Shown here piece after piece: positions 42,302 to 57,156 of a stretch of 64,000 nt of DNA. The stretch is from the human T2T-CHM13v2.0 reference genome, Homo sapiens. The notes under the pieces are model-generated. The model made no database searches and had not been told where the DNA came from. It saw nothing but the letters and a program-made list of their open reading frames with translations. Numbering within the stretch: position 1 is the first letter of the stretch; each line of letters starts with the position of its first letter. The position numbers were made by a program, and so were the translations under genes. Where the stretch lies: NCBI RefSeq assembly GCF_009914755.1, contig NC_060942.1; one strand, 5' to 3'.

Positions 42302-44401
42302 ACAACCAACCCATTGACCTGCTGTGCCCTCAAGCAGGGCCTCTGCTCCACTCCCAAGGCCCCCAGCATCCCTGCCATGCCCCCTCACCTTTCCCCACAA
42401 CCTGGGTTCTCTGACCTAGCCAGGTACAAATGGCTTGGTCTTTTCCCAAGGCCACAGCCGTCGGATAAATGCACCTCTATGGAAACAGAAGTATGTTTTT
42501 CAGGGAGGCCTGACCTGAAGACAAACTAAGTCTTTTCCTCCTTTCTTCTCCAGGGAGAGTCTGCCTCTCCCTGCCTGTGTGACCTTGGGCAAATCACTTC
42601 CCCTCTCTGGGCACAAGGAGTGCTGTCCACAAGCTCCCTGCCCCTGTAAAGAAAAGCTGGGGGCTTGGTTTGGGAGTCCTGGAGGGGGTTGGGAGGGCCT
42701 TTCCAGGTCTCTGAAAGCCAATTTCTTCCTTCTGTCAAGGGAGGGGGTGTGAGCCCTCTCCAAGGCCCTAGGGGCCCCTGCATTCCAAGCCATCTCAGCC
42801 CTAAGATCCGTGTGGACCAGAGGCAGTGGGAGAGGGGAGGATGGGCGGCCTGGCCTGAGAACTGCATGGCTTGCCAGCTCCCTCCTGCTTTAGCAGGGCC
42901 GGCCTCCCGGGGGAGGGGCTGCCATCTGACCCGCTGGCTCTCTCCAGCTGGCGGGAGGCGTCTCGGGCGTTGGTTCCCAGGCAAGGTCAGCAGGGCCCAT
43001 CCATCACCGTGGCCTCCCTGCTCCCCATCAACCCACCTGCCGCGCACTCTGCACCCTGCTCCTGCTGCCTTCCTGGGGCCCGACCTCCCCAACTCCATCC
43101 GAGCCTCCCCACATGAGGCCCAGCCTGGGAACAGTCCCAGAGGGCCCCCCGAACTGTGACATCTACAGGTTGGGTCACCCCTCGTGCCTATTTCCTGGAC
43201 CACCTGGACCACTGCCACCCACTCCACCCAGAGAATGTGGGCCTCAAACAGCCACAGTGGTTTGGCTCTCCTGGACCCTCCTTGGCTCTCCCTGTAGTAA
43301 CAAAGTCCCCAAAGAGGACTTTGTTTGCCTCAAAGCATCCACCCAGCCTGGCTGGGTCCTTCTGCCATGCACTGAGCTGCTCCAGCGGCATTAACATAGA
43401 ATCAATGAAGCCCAATTACGCCTGGTTTCAGCGCAGCCGCCCCTCCTGCTTGCCCCTTTTTCCTGGCCACTTCTTATTCCTGCAGGGTCTCAGGCACCCT
43501 AACTGCCGGCCTCCCCCTCTCTGCCCTGCCAGCAGCTCCAGATCCCAGAAAGCCCTGCTGGGGCCCTGCTGTGTCTCAGTTTCCCCAGTGTCTGCCACTC
43601 ATTGCTTGTTGAATGAATGTGTGAGTGAGTGCATGAATAAGTAAACCAATGAAGGGGGACATTTGCATCTCAACAGTTTTGGCACAAGGCCTAGGCCCTA
43701 ATAGAAAGAGACTGCAGTAAGCCTCAAGTCAAAGTAATGAAACACCAGGGAACTGAGTGGACCAGGACTGGCAGGGCACTGAGACATTTGTGGGGCGTGG
43801 GGTGGTGAACAGTGGCCTTGGGTCTGGGTGGGGGGCACGCCACAGGGTTGAGACACTTAGTTTCCAGACCCAAAACTACTTGTAGTTAGGCATCGGGTAT
43901 GTGCCGCAGAAGTTCCGAGTCTGCGTAGAATGTAGCCTTGGGAACCATCGGGGCAGCGTGCCTCTCCTCACAGGGGGCTAGGAACCATGTTTTCATTTTT
44001 TCCCACCAGTAACCCTGTAAGGCAGACCTGCCTATCTCCATTTTACAAATGAAAGAATTGAGGCTCAGAAAAGTTACTCTACCCAGGAGCACTCGGTGAG
44101 AATGTGGTTGAGTCAGGATTTGAACCCCAGGTCTCACCTCACTCCAAAGCCATTCCTCTTTCTCCTGAGCCTCATTGCCTTCTGCCTCAAATACAGTCCT
44201 CCTACTTCTGGCTTCTCCCAGTGACCCTGAGGGCAGTGAGAAGTGGCTGAATGTGGCCACCGAGTCTGTGGTCACCCTCCAGAGGAGATCTGAAAGGGCC
44301 AAGCTCTCTGACCAGCCCCCTGAAGCTGTCTCTACCTTGGCCAGCCCAGGGCCCTGTGACCTTCCCAGTCAGATGCATAGAAGATCCCCAGCTGGCAGTC
44401 A

Positions 44402-44853
<452 letters not shown>

Positions 44854-47684
44854 AGACAGACACACACACACACACATACACACTTTCCTTCTGGGCCAGT
44901 TAGGGTTGCCATTTTCTTAGCTACCCAAACTCAGCCCAATTATGTGGCAAAAAAAAGTGGTCTCTGGGCACCAAAGGACACCTTCCCAACCCAGAAGTCT
45001 CAGCCTGGCACACCCTCAGGTAGTGACCCCAGGTCACCATGAATTCTGGAAAGCTCATGTCTCTCAAGCCAATTCTAAACTTTTGAATTTCACCTCATTC
45101 CTTCATTCATTGACCATCTCCTGAGCATCTTCTATACCCAAGACTCCAGGCAGGGAGGCAGAGGACCTAAAGCCAGGACTCTGCCTTCCCAAGCTCCCCG
45201 CATGGGAGGAGGGGGCAGGAGGCCGGCAGTCTGGAGTCAGATCGCCTGGCTTCAAACCCCGGCTCTGTGAGACCTGGGGAGTCCACCTAACCTCACTGGG
45301 CTACAGCATCCTCATTTGCAGAGCTAACACTTACATTTTACTTCATTTCAATATAAATGGTTTTAAAATTTTTAATGAGATCATGAACATAAAGTATCTT
45401 CCCCCAGACCTAGCGTGTCATGAGTGGTCAATACAGGTTGGTCATCAGCAGGTGAACACGGCAGGGGAATGGGCCCCAGGGCGGCCACCCATCAGGGCCC
45501 AGCAGAGCAGGGACAGGGCTGGAAGGACCCTGGCACTGTGTCTATGAAGGGTGCTGAAGAAGGCCCCATCGTGGAGGGCAGGCTGGGACAATGACCACTC
45601 AGAAAGGCACAGCTGGGAGTGTCCTGCACCTGGGCCCTGACTCCCTCGTGCACACTCTGACGTTCAATCCCCGCTGGATCCACTGACTGAGGCTCTGGAG
45701 CTCCCTGGGGCTCTCTGAGGGCTGCTCTCCCATCAGGAACATGCATTGACCTCACCTCCTCCAGCCAGACTCTCACGGGTAAGAGAGGCACAAAGCCATG
45801 TGCACACACACAGGGCTGGGCGCCCGTGAGGAGGTGGGCCCTGATTTGGCAGGTGTGCATGAGGCCCCCTCCACACATGCATGCTGGTGCGGGTGCCAGC
45901 ACGGCCACAGTGGAGGGTAAGAACACACTTCCAGGCGGCACTGCCAGCCCTCGCCGTGTTCCAGCTTGTTGACACCGTGATGGCATAATTACAGTTTCAA
46001 TCGCAGATTAATAATAAGTCATTTTTGCAAACGAGGAGGCAGGTCTGCACTGGAAAGGGCCCCAAAGGGCCTGTCGCCTCTGCTATCTGAGGCTGCTGGC
46101 CGCCGTTTGATGTTTTCTGCCGAGTAGAGACTTTTCTAAGGACTATCATAATAACAACAACCACCCAGGTAATAATATCCTTTCATATCCCTGCCTGCCC
46201 CTTTCCTATCCATGGCCTTCTGATGGATGGAGGTGATGATGGAGTTTGCTTCAGAGATGGTATCTGGCGTGTGTGTATGTGTGTGTGTGTGTAAGAGGTG
46301 CCTGTGTTAAGATCTAAGTGCAAATGCTCAGTCACGCTGATGTGTGTCTGAGATGTCTGGGTGTGAGCATTGTGTATGTTTGGAAGTATGTGTGTGTTTC
46401 CACGTGTCTTTAGCAGTGCCAGGAGGGTCCCATCCCCGACAGAGACCGAAGCCCCTCGCCTCTCCCTTCTTCACCCTTAGGGGGACTGTGCTGGAAGATG
46501 GGGGTGGGGGACAGAGGTGCTCCCAAAGAGAGCTTTGGGGTGCAGCAGGGATCCTGGCAGGGACCAGGACAGCCCGGCTCCCTCTGGGGCTCCCAGGTAG
46601 GGCTGAGAACCTGCCCTCATGGCTCTGTTCCGAGAGGGGTTGGCGAGGAGCTAATAATAACAACAGTGACAATAACAACCACGTCCGTGTGTTCTGAGCT
46701 TTCTTTTCTTCTATTCTCTTTTATCTTTGTGATCTCTTTTGATCCCCAGTACCTCCCTGAAGGGAGGGCGGGCAGGCCTCTTGACTCCCACTGGCCCCAG
46801 TGGAAACCGGGGCTCAAGAGGAGGGGACCTGCTCAAGGGGACGCACAGTGGGTGAGAGACGTCTCCTTGGTCAGATCCCAGACGCCCTGTGTGCTGGCCT
46901 GGAGTTCTAGCCCTCCTCCAGCCTCCTACAGGGCTCCACCTGACCCTTCACGCTCTCTATAGCTGCCTGGGCCCCAGGCCAAGGGGCAAGCAGGGTTCAA
47001 AAGACCAATTCATGTTTTCCAAATTCCCTTTGAAGCCGAAAGGATGCCTGCGCCCATGGGATTACAGTGTGGCTCTGCAGGCTGGACTCCGGAGAGCTGC
47101 ACAACCTCGGGCCAGCCTCTCTAGGCCTGGCCCCGCACCCCTGCTTCAAGGCAGACCAGTCACGCTCATGCAGCTGGGACCTGGCTCCCTCATAGGACGG
47201 CGACTCAGTGAGCTCATTCCCCATGGCCAAGCCTGCTGCAGGTGGTTTTAACAGCCCTGTGGGTGTGGTCCCGCCCAGGCCGGCTGCCCGCCTGGCACCC
47301 TGGGCAAGAGCAAAGGGCCCCAGAGGAGGCGAGTGGCCAAGATGAAGGCCAGGAGAAGGTGCTCACACACACTTGGCCTCCTGCTGTCCAGCCCCGCCCC
47401 ATCCCCGTTGAGCCCCTGGCTCTGTCTTGGGTCCCAGTTACCTTGCATCTGACAGTCAGGCCTGGTGTTTGCTTCACTAGCAAAGGGGCCGCCATGCTTT
47501 CCTCCTGTTGAGCTGCCTGACTGCCGCAGGCAGTTAAAGCAATTGGAGGCAGCGTCTAATTACGCCCAGGTGGAGGGCCCTGGGAGGCAGGTGGGAACCA
47601 TCGCTGATAGAACAAATAGAACAGGCCCATTTCTCAGCTAGGGAGACTGAGGCGGAGCATCCCTCAGTGATGGAGGATGAGTCA

Positions 47685-48192
<508 letters not shown>

Positions 48193-48617
48193 CTACCCCT
48201 CCAATCACACCACACTTCTTAGGGCCTTGGCCTGATCAGTTTCGCCTCCTCCCACCTCCTGCCAACCCCCAGCTCCCACCCTCGATGCCATTATTTCTCC
48301 TCCTCTCCATCTAGCTGAAGCTTGGCCAGCCATTAAATCACTGCTCAAATTCCGTCTTTTTATGATGCAACCAGCACTGCGTCTGGCACATAGCAGACTC
48401 TCAATGAGCAAGGCACGAATGAATGAGTGGCTGAGTGCCTGGCCAATTGGCCCTGGCTTTAGCTGGTCACTCTGTCCCCTGACCTTTTGAGAAGTAATGT
48501 AAAGTGTATAAGCTTTTCTTTGAGTCAAGATTAATACCCTGGAAGCCAGGGGTGGCTGGGTCTCCCCTTCCTTTGTGTCTTTGGGGGCCCCAGCACATCC
48601 TAGTGCACTGACTGTGA

Positions 48618-48985
<368 letters not shown>

Positions 48986-48997
48986 TCAAAAATGGAA

Positions 48998-49253
48998 TTT
49001 TTCTTTTTTCTTTTTCTCTTTTTTTTTTGAGATGGAGTTTTGCTCTTATCGCCCAGGCTGGAGTGCAATGGCATGGTCTCGGCTCACTGCAACTTCCGCC
49101 TCCTGGGTTCGCCTGGCTAATTTTTGTATTTTTAGTAGAGACAGGGTTTCACCACATTGGCCAGGCTGGTCTCAAACTCCTGACCTCAGGTGATTTGCCC
49201 ACCTCAGCCTCCCAAAGTGCCAGGATTACAGGAGTGAGCCACCGCACCTGGCC
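48998..49253 (-). mobile_element. Alu (S-type) with internal deletion in the right arm
   Basis: cctgggttc joins directly to gcctggctaattttt at ~49110. Confidence 0.9.
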
Positions 49254-49488
49254 CCAGCGATGGAATTTTTAAAAACACAGTCTTTTCTCCTCTTCATCCC
49301 GGACCCTACTCTCTAGTAACCAAGAACATTAGACATGTTCTTCTGTCTTTGTCTCATGTTTTTGTTTTGTTTTTGCCTCTGTCACCTGCTTGTAACAATA
49401 ACACTAAGAACTATTGAGTGTTTCCTCTGAATCAGGTACTGTTCTAAGTGCATTGAATATAGTAACTCAGTTAAGTACTACACAATCC

Positions 49489-49705
49489 CAGTAGTTCTCA
49501 ATTCAGGCTCAATTTTGCCCCCAGGGGACACTTGGCAATGTCTGGAGACATTTTGGTTGTCACAACTGGGGACAGGGAGTTGCTACTGGGATCTAATGAG
49601 TAGAGTCCAGAGATGCTGCTTAACACTCTACAATGCATCAGACAGGCCCCATAACAAAGAATCATCAGCCCCAAATGTCAATAATGTCTAGGCTGAAAAC
49701 CCCTG
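49489..49705. mobile_element. MER20 (hAT-Charlie MITE), inserted in a MIR
   Basis: TIR-like ends cagtagttctca..tgaaaacccctg; core gccccccagggga(c)acttggcaatgtctggagacattttggttgtcacaactggg. Confidence 0.85.
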
Positions 49706-51162
49706 CGTTAAGCCTTAGAGTCTAAGGTAAGGTCATCATCCCATTTTACTGCTGAGAAAACTGAGGCCCAGGGAAGCAAAGTCACTTTCTCGAGGTCACA
49801 CAGGCAGCAGGTTGTTGTAGCCCAAGAATTCTGGGCCACAGTCCATGCTCTGGCCACTCCACTCTTCAGCCTCACCTTGTAGCAGTCTTACCTCATCTTG
49901 TTGGCCAGGACCCCCCTCCTTGGGGGAGCTGTTGGCCTACCCACAGCTTCCAGGCAGAGGGAGGACTGTCTCCCTCAGGGCCTTGATGAGGATCCCTGAG
50001 TGCCTAGCTACACTGCTTGACCTCGAGGACCCAGACGTCCTGCCCCGAACCTACCACAGCCCGGCTTCCCACGCTCACCTCCCTTCTCTGACCTGGGTCA
50101 CACCCCATGTGTGGTGCCGGGCCCTGTATGGAGAACAGAAAAGGGCCAGAACAAGGGCCACACCTCCTCCTGTGTCCCCACCCCTCCAGACCCAGGGTGC
50201 TGAACACACAGTTGAGCCTTAGTCAGCCCTCTGTGGTTTGGCCTATGACATGAGGGCAGTGGGCGTGGTGTTTTTGGTGTAGACAAAGATGGAGGTGGCT
50301 TGTGGACAGATGTGAGGCTTGGGGCCATCAGACTGCCCCCAGGCGCCACAGGGCCTGGGCTAGAGAGGAAGCCACTATTGAAATGAGGAACCTGTTGGGG
50401 CCTTCCAGACAGTGGGGAGGAGGAAGAGGCCCTGTGTAGAGGGAGGGAGATGCCCGGACTGGCGCTGGCCGTCTCAGACCCCAGGCCCCTGCTTGGCCAG
50501 GCCAACAGACACTCTCCCCCTTGTGGCCAGGGTAAGGGGTCCAGGCCGGAGCCAGATGCAGGAAAGAGCCAGCTGCTGTGGTGAGAAATCTCCCCACCTG
50601 CTGGCCCAGTGTTTCTAGGGGGTTGGTAGCAAGGAGGAGGCACCGCTCCCTCTCCCAACTTAATCCGATGGGCAGGGTCTTGCACAATCCAGGATCCCAA
50701 GACTTCCTGCTGCCCAGCTCCTGGGTGCTAGAGAGGCATGCGGGGAAGGAGAGAAGGATGGCAGGAGGAGATCCTCAAAGGGATGTGAAATTGAGAAGAA
50801 GCCACAGATGAAAGATGAAAGCCTGTGGAGGAGGTAGCCAAGCCTGGGCCTAGGGAGCAATGCTGCTCCCTCCAGGAACCTCTTAGCAGGAGGCACAGGG
50901 CCTCCACTAGGCCCTTCCTTCAGCTTGGCCTTCCCAGGCTTCTGAAGGATGCCCATTTCCCGGGAGCAGCTCCCTCAGCCTTCCTGCAGTCTTGTCCTCA
51001 CAGTCACACAAAGCAGGCAAGTATGCTTCCCTGGTAAACAGTCAGCTCCTCCCGCTGCTTCAGGAACCATCGCCAACTGGCAAGTCTTCTCTTCCTGAAG
51101 GAAAAGAGCTCCCTCCTGCCTCTGCAGGATGCTTTCTTAGGACCTGCTTAAAGAAAAGGGGA

Positions 51163-51475
<313 letters not shown>

Positions 51476-51629
51476 TGAAAAGGGGAAAGACAGGAAGAAC
51501 AATAATACAAAATACATTATCACCCTTTGCAGAGATTATCTCATTCATCCTCACAACATACTCATTGCGATATCCCTGGCACCTCTAACGGTGCTGAGCA
51601 CAATAAGCATTTGTGGAGAATTAAATGGG

Positions 51630-53960
51630 ATTAGAGAACAATTCCATTACAACAGCATCAAAAAGAATGAATAACTTAGAAATAAATACAACAAAAAAGG
51701 GTAAAACTGATACTCTGAAAAATAAAAAGCCTTGAAAGTAATTAAAGAAGGTCTAAATAACTGGAAAAACAGTCCTTTATTCATAGATAGGAAGACTTTA
51801 CATCACCGAGATGTCAGTACTCTCCAAGTTCACCTGCCGATTCAATGCAATCCCTGTCAGAATCCCAGCTGACTTCTTTGTAGAAAATGACGAGCTGATT
51901 CTAAAATTTGGATGAAATTGCAAGGGACCCAAAATAAGCAAAACAATCCTGAAAAAGAAGAACAAAGTAGGAGGACTCACACTTCCCAATTTCAAAACTT
52001 GCCAGAAAGCAACAGTAGTAAAGGCAATGTGGTAACAGCACAAGGAGAGACATACAGATCAATGGAATAGAATTGAGAGTTCAGACATAAATCCATGCAT
52101 CTACTGATTTTTAACAAGGGTGTCAAGACCATCCAATGGGGAAAGAATAGTCTTTTCAACAGATGGTGTTGGGACGACTGGATTTCTGCATACAAAAGAA
52201 CAAAGTTGGATCCCCATCACGTACTATATATAAAAATTAACTTCAATCAAATACTTAAATGTAAGAGTTAAAAACTATAAACCTGTTAGAAGAAATATAG
52301 GAATAAACCTTCATGACCTTGGATTTGACAAAGGATTCTTAGATATAATGCCAAAAACATAAGCAACACAAGAAAAAAATAGAACATCAGGTTTCATGAA
52401 AATTTAAAACTTTTGTGCTTCAAATGACACAAAAAAAATGAAAAGATAACCCACAGAGTGGGAGAAAAAAATTGCAATTGTATTCATAATACATAAGAAC
52501 TCTTAGGCCAGGTGCGGTGGCTCACTCCTGTAATCCCAGCACTTTGGGAAGCCTAGGCGGGTGGATCACAAGGCCAAGAGATCGAGACCAGCCTGGCCAA
52601 CATGGTGAAACCCTGTCTCTACTAAAAATACAAAAATTAGCTGGGCGTGGTGGCACGCACCTGTAGTCCCAGCTACTCGGGAGGCTGAGGCAGGAGAATC
52701 GCTTGAACCTGGCGGGGCGGAGGTTGCAATGGGCGGAGGTTGCAATGAGCCGAGATCGCACCACTGCCCTCCAACCTGGTGACAGAGCAAATCTCAAAAA
52801 AAAAAAAGACCACTTACAACTCAATAATTAAAAGACAAATAGATCAATTTTTAAATGGGCAAAGGCTATGAATAGACATTTCCACAAGGAAGATATACAA
52901 ATGGCCAATAGGCACATGCACGTGAAGAGAAACTTAACACCATTAGTCATCAGTAAAATGCAAATCAAAGCTACAATGAATGAGATAACCACTTTACATC
53001 CACTCGGATGGCTAAACTCAAAAAGTCAGATAATAGCAAGTGTTGACAAGGATGTGGAGAAATCAGAACTTTTATACACTGCTGGTGGGGATGTAAAATG
53101 GTGCAGCCACATTGGAAAATAGTCCGGCAGTTCTTCAAAAGATTAAACATAGAGTTACCCTATGACCCAGCAATTCCACTCCTAGTTATATGCCCAAGAG
53201 AAATGAAAACACATGGTCATATAGAAACTTGTACACAAACGTTTATATCAGCATTATTCATAATAGACAAAAGATGGAGACAACCCAAATGCCTATCAAC
53301 TGATGAATAGGTAAACACAATGTTGTACATCCATATGCAATGGAATATTTACTCAACCAAAATGAGTGAACCCTAATGTAAACTATGAACTTGGATTGAT
53401 AATTATGGGTCTGTGTTGGTTCATTGATTGTAATAAGTGTACCACATTGATATGGGATTGTTGGTGGCTGGAAAGGCTGAGAGGGAGAGGAAGTGGTATA
53501 TGCAAACCCTTTGTACTTTCCACTCAATTTTGCTACAAACCTAAAATTGTTCTAAAAATCTTAAAACTTTTTTTAAAGTCAAAAAAAAAAAGGAATGAAG
53601 TATTTATACATTCTATAACACAAGTGAACCTTGAGAACATTATTTTCAGCCAGTAACAAAATACCACATATTGTAGGATTTCATGTATATAAAATATCCA
53701 GAACAGGGCAATCTATAGAGATGAGAAGCATATTAGTGGCTTTCTAGGGCTGGTGCAGGGGAGAGGGTGGAGAGAAGAAAGTGGGTGGTAGCTAAAGCAT
53801 GCAGGATTTCTTTTTGGAGTGGTGAAAATATTCTAAAGTTGACAGTGGTGAGTGGTAATGGTTGCCCATACCTATGATTGTACTAAAAAACCCTTGAATT
53901 GTATACTTTAAGTGAGCAAATTGTATGGTATGTGAACTATATCTCAATAAAGCTAGTAAG
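51630..53960 (+). mobile_element. L1M (MB-like): degenerate ORF2 3' part plus 3'UTR, interrupted by an Alu and a second L1 3' fragment
   Basis: ORF-track remnants [17 protein letters not shown] and LNIELPYDPAIPLL match L1 ORF2 C-terminal motifs; ends tatctcaataaagc. Confidence 0.9.
52506..52807 (+). mobile_element. Alu (AluSc-like) inside L1
   Basis: Full dimer, aagagatcgagacc. Confidence 0.93.
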
Positions 53961-54439
53961 AAAAAGACATTATTGGGACAACTGAAACTAAATGTGCATG
54001 GTGGACTAGAAAGTTGTGTTAATATTAAAGCTTTCTGATTTTGATAATTGCAAAAAACTTAATGGACGTCCCTATAAGGTACTATCATTATTCCCATTAT
54101 ATAGATGCAGAAAGTGAGGAAGAACAAGGTCAAGTTACTTGTCCAGGATCACACAGCAGCCTAAGAGCCCTTAGTTTTTACCTCCTCCTTGCTTCTCTTA
54201 GCACCCTGGTCTTTCCCTTCATAGCACTTATCACAATTGATAATTTTACATGTTTTGTTCTGCAAGATGATAAGTTCACTGACGATAGTGACAGGTCACC
54301 TCTGATCATCACTTCTCCATATATTTAAACAAATATTTATTGAGCCTACTGTGAGCCAGGCCTGCATGCACAAAGGTCGGTGAGAATATTCTAGTACAGG
54401 GCTTGGCTCATAAGTGGATGCTCAACAGATATTTGTAGC

Positions 54440-54685
54440 TAGGATGGAAGGGTAGATGAGTGTATGGATAGGTAAATGGATGAATGGATGGGCAGATGGC
54501 TGTGTGGATAGGTAGATAATTGGATGAGTGGATGGATGGATGAATGGATGGATGGATGAGTGGATAGATGGATGGATGGATGGATGGATGGATGGATGGA
54601 TGATGTGGGGATGGGTAGATGGATGGATAGGTGGATGTGTATGTGGATGGACAGATGAACAGATGGGTGGGTTGAATGGGTAGGT
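54440..54685 (+). repeat. Degenerate (GGAT)n microsatellite
   Basis: tggatggatgga arrays. Confidence 0.93.
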
Positions 54686-56349
54686 GCATAAGTGGAAAGG
54701 GAGCTTCTGGGAAAAGGCTGATTGGGCTTGCCCAGGCACAGTACCTGGTGTCATCCTCCTCACCTAGCTATCTTCCCCTTCCTACCTCAGCCTCTACCCA
54801 GGTCCCCATCTTCAGACCCATCACATCCTGAGAAACACACCCACTGTACAGACCCTCCTGTCTTCCTCCACCAAGGCTGTCTAAATCATCCTTCAAGGCC
54901 TTGCCAGGCCCCACTCCTCCAGGAAGCCTTCCTAGCTCATGTGGTCTGCTTCTCTTCTGCACTCCTAATTCACAATATTGATGGACAACCCATATCATCA
55001 CATCGGTCATCCTGAATAGATGCTCCTGAGATGCAGACCTGGAGCCTGGGAAGGGCCGGGCTTCCTCCTCCTCTGCTGTCCTAGGGGCTGGTTAGTGACA
55101 GGCAGGGGGTGAAGCCACTGCATTGGCTACAAGGCAGGAGTCACAATCTCTCCCTTGATGGAGAAGGAGGACCCGGGTGAAGCCCTTGCTAGGGGCACAG
55201 GCAGGAGGAAGATCTCAGCCATGCCAGCTTCAGAGGAACTGCCAGGCCAACCCTGGGGGAGGCTGGGACCAAGCCCGACCCTCAACCAGGCTGGGGCTGG
55301 GCTGAGCTGGCAGGAGGACGCAGGCAGGCAGGAGGCTGTGCGGGTGCCTCCCTCCCCTCCTCAGCCCGGCCCGACCAGCCCCCAGGCAGGCTGGAGGCCT
55401 GTTTGCCTTGGCCCCGGGCCAGGGCCGCCCCGCCAGTGAGTAATGCGTGAGGACCGCCTGGCTCCGGTTCAAGGGAAACGGGCTGGAGACGAGACGGGGC
55501 CTTCTAGGCCTTCATGGGGCTAGGTTCCGGGGGCGGCTTCCCAGAAAGTGCCTGCCGAGGCTGCGTTGGGGCCACTGCCAGGCCAGCCGCCCTCCTTCCC
55601 CTTTCTCCATCCCCTTTTCTCCCCTTCTTCCTCTGTAGAGACCGAGGAAAGGCAGATCTTGAGCTCCCAGAAAAAGATCATTAGGCATGGCCCAGGACCC
55701 AAGGAGAAGGAGCTTGTCAGGACCCCAGCCATCTACCCCACACACCTAACAGAGCCAGCCAGTCCCTGGTCCATTAACCCACACTTTCTGAGCACCCAGT
55801 CTCTGAAAGGCAAGGACTTGCTGTCAGGGAGAGCACGCGAGTTCAGGGCATGGGGCATGGGCAGCTCAGAAGCTCTCAGTGCTGGTCCTGGAAGCTGTGG
55901 CGCCGGACAAGGCCTCCCTATTTATCTGCCCACATTCCAGGGCTCCTGATGAGGACGCTGCAGCCCAGAGAAAAGGATGGACTTGCCCACGCTGCCCAGC
56001 GAGTTAATTGCAGCAAGGTAAGAGCCCATGCCTCCTGCCCATGGGACTCTAGGCCCTGCTGCTCTGAACAGTGGCCTTCTCCTTCAGCTTGCGTGGCTGT
56101 CATGATGAAGGGCCACTGCCTAGGATGGTTCTATTTTTCAGTTGCATCCTCCTGGAGCATTTCCGGGGCTTCTGTAACTTTGCGACTCTGCCCTTGGTGA
56201 GTGGTATCTTTCTGCTTAGGACCTAAGTGACCACCTGGGTGGAGAAGACACCATGGTCATCAACACCTTTTGGAGGCACAGAGATTCCCAGCCCTCTGGG
56301 AGATTTTGCAGCCAACCATGTCCCTATGCCTCTCCAGGCCTCTATCCAT

Positions 56350-56800
56350 GGTCAGTCTTCCTAGTTGCAAAATACAGAACATTATTCTGGCTGAGTTAAG
56401 CACAAAAGAAAAGTCATGAGGGGATCCTGGGTAGGTCACAGAATCAACAACATGCCAGAGAACTTCTCCACAGCAGGGGTGGCTGCCAAACCACACCACA
56501 GTGCTGGCCTCCTGAGACCCGCACTGGCCCTGCCACAGAGCCCCAGAAGGCTCCTCTCTTTCCACTGACATCAGCACTAGACACCAAACGCTGGACGCTG
56601 CTGTTGGCCTAGCCGTCCCTGCTGCCCCCTAGAAACAGGATGTGACCACTGTCCACCTCCGGAATGATTCTCCTACATCCCTGCTTCTCTATTCCCAGAC
56701 CCTGATCCCAGGACCAGGATGAGGGCATCTGATTGGCCAATCCCAGGTCACATGACTGTACTTGGTCACTAGGGAAGCTGGGAAAGCAAGTATCTTGCTC
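56350..56800. mobile_element. Old LTR remnant (MLT1-like)
   Basis: agttgcaaaatacagaac..ctggctgagttaagc and catctgattggcca..ggtcacatg..gggaagctgggaaagcaagtatc. Confidence 0.5.
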
Positions 56801-56828
56801 ATTATCCTCTCAATAAGACTCAAGTAAG

Positions 56829-57156
56829 GGCCGGGCATAGTGGCTCATGCCTGTAATCCCAGCACTGTGGGAAGCCGAGGCAGTGGACCACCTGAGGTCC
56901 AGAGTTCGAGACCAGCCAGATCAACATGGTGAAACCCTGTCTCTACTAAAACTACAAAAATTAGCTGGGCATGGTGGCGCATGCCTGAAATCCCAGTTAC
57001 TCAGGAGGCAGAGGCAGGAGAATGGCTTGAAGCCAGGAGGCAGAGGTTGCAGTGAGCCCGAGATTGCACCACCGCACTCCAGCCTGGGTGACAGAGTGAG
57101 ACGCAGTCTCAGATTTAAAAAATAAAAATAAAAAACAAACAAAAACAAAACAAAAA
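56829..57156 (+). mobile_element. Alu (S-type)
   Basis: 14-bp TSD aagactcaagtaag at 56815-56828 and 57157-57170. Confidence 0.95.

Noticed and set aside
52868-53310. ORFs resembling retrotransposon protein
   Set aside because: Frameshifted remnants of old L1 ORF2; non-functional.
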